A stretch of DNA of 59,269 nucleotides, filler included, from Squatina squatina (lineage: Eukaryota): assembly GCA_031763465.1 (NCBI GenBank). It is 4 parts of 4 records of this genome, joined end to end, with 100 filler letters (N's around TTAATTAATTAA, not from the genome) between each part and the next. Parts side by side here need not be neighbours in the genome. Positions count along the whole stretch, not along the records: positions 44,873 to 59,269 come from JARFOE010000080.1; 3 more parts are not named here. One strand, written 5' to 3'. Position numbers and translations under genes: made by a program. The notes under the pieces were generated by a model that had not been told where the DNA came from, ran no database searches, and was given only the letters and a program-made list of their open reading frames with translations. Shown here in pieces: positions 50,544-59,269 of the stretch; position 1 is the stretch's first letter; the number at the start of each line of letters is the position of its first letter.

Positions 50544-51861
50544 ACAATTGAATCTCCAGCACAAAGGTAGGTGAAGCTTTAAGTAGCAGTGATCGTAATC
50601 TGATCACTTTTGACATAACTGGAGAGGTTACTAAATTGCCAAATCTTAAGAGGACCAACATTAAGCACTTGAGAAGTCTTGCCAGTGTGAGCTCAGAAAG
50701 TTTCAATATGGCTAGAAGAGTGAAAGAATTGTGGAGTTCCTTCAAGAAGGTGATTCTGAGTGTAATAGACCAATGTATACCCATGCAAAGCAAAGGTGCC
50801 AAGCTTAGATGCACTCCTACCTGGTTGAATGGCACCACCAAACAACTTAATAAAGAAAAAAAAGCATTTCAGGCCATGAAGGAAAATGGCATGGAATTAA
50901 GATTGATTTAATACAAAAGATATGGCTGGAGTTTAGAAAAAGGCATCAGAATGGCAAAGAAACATTTTGAATTGAATATGGAAAGAGAAATTAAAAGTTT
51001 TTTTTAGTTATATTAAGGTAAAAACAAAAATAAGGGATGAAGTGGGGCCACTGAAAGTGGGATCAAATCAAGGGATGACAACTGATGCTACACAGGCTGC
51101 AAATGTGCCATATAAGATTTTGCCTCTGCTTTTACAAAGGAGGAGAAAGGTAACTTATTTGGTCCGGAAAGGGGACTAGAGGGCGTTGCAGAGGTAAGTT
51201 GTGACACTATTTACATTATTACCATTACACATTATGGCTGTGCTAGTTCAAGGTGAATAAATCTCAGGGGCCAGATAAGATTCATCTAAGGATTCTTAAG
51301 GAATGAAGAAAGACATTGCAGGAACTCTGACAAAAATCTTCCAGGAACCACTGAATACTGGAGAGTGCCAGGGATTGGAGAAATTCAAATGTTAATCCTG
51401 TTTTAAAAATGTAGTAAAAGTGGAGCAGGAAACTACATCAGTGAGTTTGGCACACATTGTGGGTAGAATTATGGATACCTTTATTAAAGATAAGATCATG
51501 GAACATCTGTATAGAAATAAAATCATAAAAGATAGCCAATATGCGTTCAAGATGAGGAAGTCTTGCCCATCGAACATACTGGTTTATTTGATGGATTAAA
51601 AGAGCTTGATAGGGGTAAGGCAGTGACTGGTGTACTTGGATTTCAATTCCTCTGGAAAGTCTGCTACTGAAAATAAAGAAAGCGGGAATCAGCAGAAATA
51701 TTTTACAATGGATATGTAATTGTTTGACCGGTAGGTGCCACAGGGTAGTAGTACTGAGATTGTCATCAGCCTGGGAGACTGTTACCTTTGGTGATTCCAC
51801 AGGGATCTGTTTTGAGACATATTTTGTTTAATATCTTCATAAATGATCCGGAGCTAGGAGT
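50544..51861 (+). mobile_element. CR1 ORF2 (endonuclease end to RT), decayed
   Basis: SDRNLITF, KSQGPDKIHLRIL, NYxxVSL and GxPQGSVL motifs, with stops and frameshifts. Confidence 0.9.
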
Positions 51862-51961
51862 NNNNNNNNNNNNNNNNNNNNNNNNNNNNNNNNNNNNNNN
51901 NNNNNNNNNNNNNNNNNNNNNNNNNNNNNNNNNNNNNNNNNNNNNNNNNNNNNNNNNNNNN

Positions 51962-52520
51962 GTTTCATGAAGGGGAGGTCTTGTTGATCTAACTTACTGG
52001 TTTTCTTTGTGAGTGTGACAAAGGAGCTTGATTAGAGTATGACAGTGCGTGTGGTATACTTGGATTTCAGTAAGGCCTTTGATACAATTTCTCTGAAAAA
52101 GCTGGTACTGAAAATTCAGAAAGCGGGAATCAGTGGAAATATTTTACAAGGGATACGTAATTGGTTGACCAATAGAAACTAGAGGGTGGTGGTACAGGGA
52201 TCATCATCAGCCTGGGAGAATGTTATCAGTGGGGTTCCACAGGGATCTGTTTCGGGGCCTCTTTTGTTTAATATCTTCTTAAATGATCTGGAGCTAGGAG
52301 TCACAAGCCACAATGGCTAAACGTGCAGATAATACAAAGCTAATGAAGGTGGTAGACTCCAAAGCTGAGCAGGATAAGCTACAGAAGGATATGAATATAC
52401 TTGGGAGTTGGGCAGACAGGTGGCAGATGAAGTTCAATGCAGAGAAATGCGAAGTCCTTCACATGGGGACAAAAAAAAAACAGGAAGGGACTATTACTTA
52501 AATGAAAAGAAAATAATGTG
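51962..52520 (+). mobile_element. CR1 RT fragment (second copy)
   Basis: [46 protein letters not shown]. Confidence 0.92.
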
Positions 52521-52813
52521 AGTAAAACAAATTGGATATTGCAGTGTAGTAAAAGATCAATATTGAGGCAAAATAGTGAAATGATTCTGTACTTTAGAAA
52601 TCATTGGTTTATTTGCACTTAGATTTTTTTTATTCGTTCCTGGGATGTGAGCATCACTGGTAAGTCCAGCATTTATTGCCCATCCCTTGTCATCCTTGAG
52701 AAGGTGGTGATGANNNNNNNNNNNNNNNNNNNNNNNNNNNNNNNNNNNNNNNNNNNNNNNNNNNNNNNNNNNNNNNNNNNNNNNNNNNNNNNNNNNNNNN
52801 NNNNNNNNNNNNN

Positions 52814-52968
52814 CACTGGTTCTCCCTTATCTATTCTACCAGTTACATCCTCAAAAAATTCCAGTAGATTTGTCAAGCATGATTTTCCTTCTGTAAATCC
52901 ATGTTGACTTTGTCCGATCCTGTCACTGTTTTCCAAGTGCTCCGCTATTACATCTTTTATAATGTTCT
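52814..52968 (-). mobile_element. CR1 RT fragment
   Basis: QSQHGFTEGKSCLTNLLEFFEDVT. Confidence 0.92.
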
Positions 52969-53050
52969 CTACTGAAAGATAAAGAAGAAATACTGTGTGT
53001 ATTTAAAAGTTACCTACAAAAGATTAGATTATAGTTCTTAGAGTTGTAAT

Positions 53051-53055
53051 TAAAA

Positions 53056-53086
<31 letters not shown>

Positions 53087-53088
53087 TA
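53051..53088. repeat. poly(A) plus (TA)n microsatellite
   Basis: Seen directly. Confidence 0.95.
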
Positions 53089-53410
53089 TTTGCCTACTTG
53101 AGGTGTTAGGTAAAAGATTTTCTACTATAAATGTGTAGCTACTCGTTCATTGTTTGTTTAATATTTAAACTTAAGGACAAGGCATATTGTGATGATCCAT
53201 CACTTTCAAAAAATGTGATCTTAAGGCATAGGATAGTCCAGTGCCTGAAAACAATTACCAGATGGGGTTTGCTGTTGCATGCTCATTACCAAAAACTTTG
53301 TCCGACCTTATGGCAAGATAGACAATGGCAAAGATGGGACTTGTCCATGATTGGTGAGAAAATCTATAGAAAAAGGGTAGGAAAGAGCCTAAACACTACA
53401 CACCTACCAA

Positions 53411-53835
53411 AGCAACATTGGTTATAAATAATAGTATTCATATGCCCAAGCTGAGCAACACAAGCACCAAAATAATAGCTCTCATACACCAAAACAGACC
53501 ATCAACTTTACAACGATCCAAGATCAGCAGCATTGCCTCTGAAATAATAGCTATCATAAACACAAACAGCAACATTAGCTCCATAATTACAGCATTCATG
53601 CACCCTAAACAGAGTAAAATCACCTCTGAAATAATAACACCGATGCATCCCAATAGAGCAACATGGACTTGAACATAATCACATTCATAAATGCAAACAG
53701 AGCCGCATCGTTCAAATAATAGGACACAATCACCCAAAAGAGCAGCATTGATGATAAACTAATCACATTCAAGACAAACCTGTAAAACAATCACGCTCAC
53801 GCTTCCAAACAGAGCAACATCAACCTTTGAATAAT
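53411..53835. repeat. Degenerate minisatellite, ~43-45-bp unit
   Basis: Recurring AGAGCAACAT..AAATAATAGCA.TCAT.CACCCAAAC, about 9-10 diverged units. Confidence 0.75.
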
Positions 53836-54117
53836 TTTACCGCAGTAGAACAATGGCAGCTGATAAATAATAGCACTCCTACTCTCCGAGGAGATCAGCT
53901 TCATTTGAATAGTGTAAGTGAGCTCACAGAGTTGTTGATTCGTCTCATTGGGAACTCGCTTCTTTGCAGCAGGAGCTGGCATGTTGCTGCAGGCTTCAAA
54001 AGGGTGCAGCAGCTTAANNNNNNNNNNNNNNNNNNNNNNNNNNNNNNNNNNNNNNNNNNNNNNNNNNNNNNNNNNNNNNNNNNNNNNNNNNNNNNNNNNN
54101 NNNNNNNNNNNNNNNNN

Positions 54118-55000
54118 GTCCTGTACACACCCCCTCAGCTGCAAGCCGTGCTAGCAGGGACGCCCAAGCTCAAAAGGGATGGGGAGCCCTCAGTTCACTT
54201 TATGCAAGTAGAATAAATAGGGGCGGTCAATGGATGTAGTGAGGGCGAGATTAACAGGCTGATGCGGTTCTCCCTTGACAGGAAATTGTATCAGAGCTTA
54301 TCTGCAGCCACAAAGCTTGGAGGAGGCACCAAAAAGGGGTTGAAAGACGAGATCCTGAGGGCATACCCAGGGTAGCCCGTTCTTACAAGTAGAATGGGCT
54401 AGGCAGCTGGCCAGCGAGGCACCAGATGCAATCGCGGACAGGTTAAGGCCTCCATATGTAAAGGCATCTGGAGGGATGCTCGACCGCGTGCATTTGATTG
54501 GGGCCCCCAGGAATCACTGGCTCAAGGTCCTTGTGGAGAACAGCTTGCCAAGGATCAGGATCAGGGCAGAAGTGTGGTTTGACCCCGAGGACCTTGCGAA
54601 TACGGAGGCAGACATGCTCAGAAAGCTGAGTCTAGCCTTTAAGGCTGATTCCGGGGAGGAGGTCAAGCCAAAGGGAAGGGTCCATGAAATGAAAGCCAGT
54701 GAGGGTAATAGGAAGGAACGGCGACAGGAAGGGGTTAGTACTGACAAGTCCAGGACTTGTTTCGGGTGCGGGAAGACGGGACACTGGAGGCGAGACTGCC
54801 CATTCCCTAAAGGGGGGAGGCCAGTCCAAGGGAGTCCTCCAGTGCAAAAGCCACGTGTTGCAGAGGCAGAGGGGATGACCGATGAGTCGTTCGAGCTTCT
54901 GGTGACCGCCTTACGGATGGCTATGGGGAAGGACAAAGGCAAGTTAGATGCTGCCGTGGGCAGAGAAGTATCTACCACACCTGTACGTCCCCCACCCTGA
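54118..55000 (+). pseudogene. gag: gag (partial, disrupted) of the retrovirus-like element
   Basis: CFGCGKTGHWRRDC zinc knuckle; ends at TGA 54998-55000. Confidence 0.85.
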
Positions 55001-57308
55001 CTAGAACACGCCCAGCCTGAGTACCTGTGTCCGCTCACGTACGATGAGTGGGGCAGGCCCTGTGTAAAGATGGGGGTGGAGATGGTGCAGGGGAACTATT
55101 TGGTGGACACCAGGGCTTCCAGCACGGTGGTCCATTCAAAAAACTCGACCAATTCACCCTGGTCTAGCAAGGTCCCATTCAGCCTCGTGGGGTTCACAGA
55201 GAACGAACAGGCTGGGGCAATCTCAAAACCCCTGGCCATAGAACTAGGATCCCTCCATACCACGTGGGAGTGCGTCCTGATACAATGGGAACAGCCAGGA
55301 TCAGGAGTCCTCGGGGCTGACTTTATGTTAGCCAACTGAGTGATTGTGGATTTAGTGAATCACTGCCTATGGGGGGCAGTGGATTCAGATAAAGCCGAGG
55401 AGGTGCTAGTGATCCCAAGAGATAGGGAAGGAAGGGGTAGTGTGTGTACTATGAAGCCCAAGGGGAATTACGACCTAGAGCAGTTGGTCTGTAATACCCC
55501 AGCCAAATATCAGGCGAACGTGCAGGACAACCTCGCCGCATTCGCCACTCACAAGCACGACTGTGGCAGGGTGACAGGGGTAGAAGTCAGGGTGCAAGGG
55601 GACCCCATGTCACGGCCACAGAAACAGTACAGTTTCCCCAGAGAGGCAGAAGCCGACTTAGAGACGGCACTGGGATCCCTCGTAGAACAGGGGGTGTTGA
55701 GGCCGATAGCCACCCACGTAAACTCACCACTTTGGCCAGTTAAGAAACCCGACCAGTCGTGGAGAGCCACCGTGGACTATCGTGTGCTCAATAAAAATAT
55801 CCCAGCCTGCGCGCCCACAGTCGCGGCTGTTGCTGACCTCATAGGGAGCATTCCAGCGACCGCAACCACTTTCACGGTGCTGGATATCTCCAATGGGTTC
55901 TGGTCGATTCCCCTTAAACGGGAAGACCAGTACAAATTTGCCTTTATGTTTAAAGGGTAACAGTACACCTGGACATGCCTTCCCCAGGGGTTTCACAACA
56001 GCCCCTCCATATTTCACCAGTGTAAGGCAGATGCACTCAAAGGCTTCAGCCGACCCAACCAGCTAATCCAGTATGTGGACGACTTGCTTTTGTTCTCCGC
56101 GGAGGGGAAGGAGCACGGGCCACTGCTGGTCGATCTGTTGAGGCTGTTGCGGGAGACATGGATTAAAGTGAACCCAAAGAAAGCCCAGATCGGTCGGGAG
56201 GAAGTCAAATTCCTCGGGCTGATCATGAGGGCTGGTGAGCGAGCGATAGATGAGGCAAAAAGAAAGGCAGTACAGGAGTTACCAGCCCTCAAGGATGTAA
56301 CAGGGGTAAGATCCTTCCTGGGACTCACAGGGTACTGCAGGGGCTTTATAGAGGGTTACGCAGTCACGGCAGCCCCTCTGCTTCGGCTCCTCTGCAAGGG
56401 AGTCGGATGGGAGTGGGACCAGAACTGCCAGGAAGCATTCACCCACCTCAAGGAGAATTTACAGATGGCACCCGCGTTGGGAGCCATTAACAGTAGTGAG
56501 GAATTCTTTTTGGAGGTAGCAGCCAGCGGGGATAGCTTGAGCGCAGCGTTGCTGCAGGAACGGCACGGCAAGTTACGACCCATGGTCTACTCCCCAAAGG
56601 TTCTCAGTGAGGTAGAAAGGGGATACTCCAACTGTGAAAGGCATCGCCTAGCCACGTACTGGGCCGTAAATGCTCCCAGCTCTTTACGAGATCATCCCTG
56701 ATAACATTACTAACTCACCACACCCCCCACTCAGATGTTGTTAGACGGGAGGATAAAGGACGGAACAGTGAATGGTGCCCATATTGCTCTCTGGACTATT
56801 GCTCTCGCAAATGAATCTGAGAGTGCAGGGGTTGACAGAGCCAAAGCTGGCTATGAATTTAATCTAACCAGGGACTGCCCATGCGCGTACTGTAGAAGGG
56901 GTGTGGGACGTAGATATGGGATTTCGGGCTGGGATACACCCGACAGGAAGGGACATCTACGTAGTTGGGTCCAGTTCGGTGGTGAACGGGGAGCGTCTCA
57001 CCGGGTGTGGGATTTATGACCCCACAGCTAAGGTAGCGAAGGCCATTAAACTCCCCAGCACCCTGAGCGCTCAGCACACTGAACTGTCGGCGGTGGCGTA
57101 CGTGGTTACCCACCCCGACAAATTCCCCACCCCCTATACCATCTGCTCGGATTCCATGTTCACCTGTAATTCGTGCACGGAGTACTTGGTCATTTGGGTC
57201 AGCGCGGTTTCAAGTCCGCAGATGGGAAGCCCCTAGCAACAGCACTGTTGCTAGGGAGAATTTTAGAAGTCATGGGCACCCGGGGAGATTACTACATACT
57301 CAAGGTTA
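55001..57308 (+). pseudogene. pol: pro-pol (disrupted) of the retrovirus-like element
   Basis: In frame with gag from protease through RT and the first RNase H-like domain; second RNase H near 56950-57308. Confidence 0.9.
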
Positions 57309-57886
57309 NNNNNNNNNNNNNNNNNNNNNNNNNNNNNNNNNNNNNNNNNNNNNNNNNNNNNNNNNNNNNNNNNNNNNNNNNNNNNNNNNNNNNNNNNNNN
57401 NNNNNNNNCTACTCCTGCACCTATTTTCTATGTTTCTATGTTTGAATGTACATGAGTGTGAAGAGACTTTTATTATGCAAGAAAGCATCCCTAACTGCCA
57501 GGTACTTTTCAAGCCACAGGTTCTACTGGTATATGCCCCATAGGTGTTTTATACACATTTGCAATGGGAGGATTGGACTTGATTGGGTCTACAGCAATTA
57601 CAGCCTCCTAGATTGCCAAAATGCAGGAACACAATACCAACCTAATCCTGGATATAAATATCTGAGTTGAAGGAATGTGTGTAGTCCTCAAAATGTTCTG
57701 CAGATGTTACATAGCGTCAGAACATTGTAGTGTCACCACTGCATTGCAAGAACAAAATAAAGTGTACCTTCCAAATAATTTAAAAAGTGCATCATCACAC
57801 ATTTTAAAATATAATTCTGAACAGAAAAGCTCTAGTTACTACATTACTAGCACAGCATTATTTCAAATAAGGAACTGAATACTTAC

Positions 57887-58063
57887 CCCCATGTCTTGAT
57901 GCTGTTGTGAGTAAACGGTAGTTCTGTAAATGGTATAAAAACAAGAGGCCAATATCATTGCAACTAGCAAATTCAACAAAACTCTCAAGAGGTAGATCCG
58001 GAACTTTTCCTTCTTGGTCCTGTCCGCAATCTTCTGCTTGATTCTGTCTTCATCCAAGTCAGT
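57887..58063 (-). CDS. TMC7: Transmembrane channel-like protein internal exon (TMC7-like; TMC4 not excluded)
   Basis: 177-nt phase 0/0 exon with AG and GTAAGT sites: TDLDEDRIKQKIADRT..RIYLLRVLLNLLVAMILASCFYTIY..TVYSQ. Confidence 0.8.
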
Positions 58064-58338
58064 CTATTAACATAAAAACGGCTTTAATTCTTAACAAAAC
58101 ATCCTTTCCAATTGAAATACTGCAGTTGTACTTGTAAAAGGTAAATTTACTGAAAGTGAGCATTTAAAAAGAGAAATTACCCAGTTTAAAATGTTAGTTA
58201 TTGCTGGAAAACAATCTAACTGGGATCTTATTAATCTAATGTAAATCCTAATTTTAACAATACCACAGGCAACTTGCTATCAACTGAATTAAAAAATAAA
58301 GTAATTGCCTATAACTTTCCAAATGTCACATTTTGACA

Positions 58339-58640
58339 AGGGCCTGATTTTAGGGTCTGCATTTCCACCCACCCGGATGTTCCCACTAGCAGCACTTTCC
58401 TAACGGCGGGGGGGGCAGGAACGGGTCGGTGAGAAGCAAATTTAATATGATGGGCAGGTTAAAGCAGAATGATGTTTCTAACTGGTAATCAGGCTGGCGG
58501 GCCTCGCGTTTAAGGGAGACCTGGTCGTGCTCGTGATGTCAGCACGCCACGGCACTGATGTGGCGCACTGATGTTGCTAGCGTGGTGCTGACGCCACGCC
58601 AGCGAAGTCCCCGGCCAGCCACCCCAGTTTCACCTGGGAA
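58339..58640. mobile_element. GC-rich non-autonomous DNA transposon fragment (Harbinger-like)
   Basis: Starts AGGGCCTGATTTT; CpG-rich, with an internal hairpin GTCAGCAC..GTGCTGAC. Confidence 0.35.
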
Positions 58641-59269
58641 TGAGGCCAACATTGCTGCTATCTCTCACAGCAATGGAGACTCAGCACACTCTGGGAATTG
58701 CTGGCTGATTATCAGCTGAGTGATGCCCCAGTCAATATCTGACCTGAAATTGGAGTTTATTCTGCATCAGCAAATTGTTTCTAACCTTTTGCTGACAGCC
58801 TAGTTTCCTGTCTCAGTAAAGCATTCATTGACGAGGGACAATTTGTGAATGACTTCATTGATTAGGCTGGAGATATTATGAATTGTCAGTGGAAAATCAC
58901 AAAGAGAATGGCAACCCTAACCATGAATCCAATGCCAAAAGGTGCCAGTAGATGTCATTATTTGTATAAGGAATACTGCCTGTGCTCACCTCAGACTGTG
59001 AGTCTGTTCCCCTCTCTTCTTACTTATAAAGAAGGAAGGCAGGACTTTCGGAACAGACATATTCTTAGAATCATAGAATGATACAGCACAGAAGGTGGCC
59101 ATCCCACTCATCTTTGGTAGAGATTTCCAATAAATGTCACTTCCTGCTTTTCCCACAGAGCCCTGTAAATTATTTCTTGTAATCTTAGCTGGATTTCATT
59201 TTTGATGGATGTAACATTGGCAGAGCAGGTCAAATTTCAGAAGTTAAATCAGCAAATTTCTACACTGGT

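Larger units (their letters stand above)
54118..57308 (+). mobile_element. Endogenous retrovirus-like element, gag-pro-RT-RH-RH, decayed and truncated by gaps on both sides
   Basis: CCHC knuckle 54758-54799; protease LVDTRAS..VLGADF; RT LDISNGFW, LPQG (55979-55990), YVDD (56072-56083); two RNase H-like domains. Internal stops at 55337 and 55958 and later frameshifts. No LTR, integrase or env visible. Confidence 0.9.

Noticed and set aside
53411-53835. CRISPR-like array, or hydrophobic ORF 53438-53737
   Set aside because: Units are degenerate along their whole length with no constant repeat and unique spacer, there are no cas genes, and the DNA is vertebrate. The ORF is a by-product of the repeat.
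54514-56583. Antisense ORFs over gag-pol
   Set aside because: Expected shadows of a GC-rich coding strand, with no motifs.
54118-57308. Ordinary Ty3/Gypsy call
   Set aside because: LPQG motif and second RNase H argue for a retroviral affinity; a phylogeny is still needed.
18730-58063. Novel TENM3-MTSS1-TMC7 synteny, or ERV insertion within TMC7
   Set aside because: The three genes are separated by artificial spacers, and the ERV is separated from the TMC exon by a 100-N gap, so linkage is unproven.

Overview
Eukaryotic (vertebrate) DNA, most likely a shark: the repeats include SacSINE1/DeuSINE-like SINEs, CR1 and L2 LINEs, Penelope and Harbinger remnants, and the exons are vertebrate-type. 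The assembly is a fragmented draft. Three artificial N44-TTAATTAATTAA-N44 spacers join at least four probably unrelated ~14-16 kb scaffolds, each with internal 100-N gaps, so adjacency across spacers means nothing. Host coding sequence: the first two coding exons of TENM3 (minus), the terminal exon of MTSS1 (minus, interrupted), and one TMC7-like exon (minus). The most interesting element is a decayed endogenous retrovirus-like gag-pol at 54118-57308. It has retroviral RT motifs (LPQG, YVDD), two RNase H-like domains in tandem, and an in-frame UGA-CUAG stop plus downstream hairpin between gag and protease, which suggests a deep-branching (lokiretrovirus-like) lineage using readthrough. Also seen: a hAT MITE family with perfect 8-bp target-site duplications, a Penelope-derived palindrome with a broken hammerhead core, and pieces of a spliced Harbinger Myb/SANT gene. 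Family names come from recalled consensus motifs, not database searches, and repeat boundaries are approximate.
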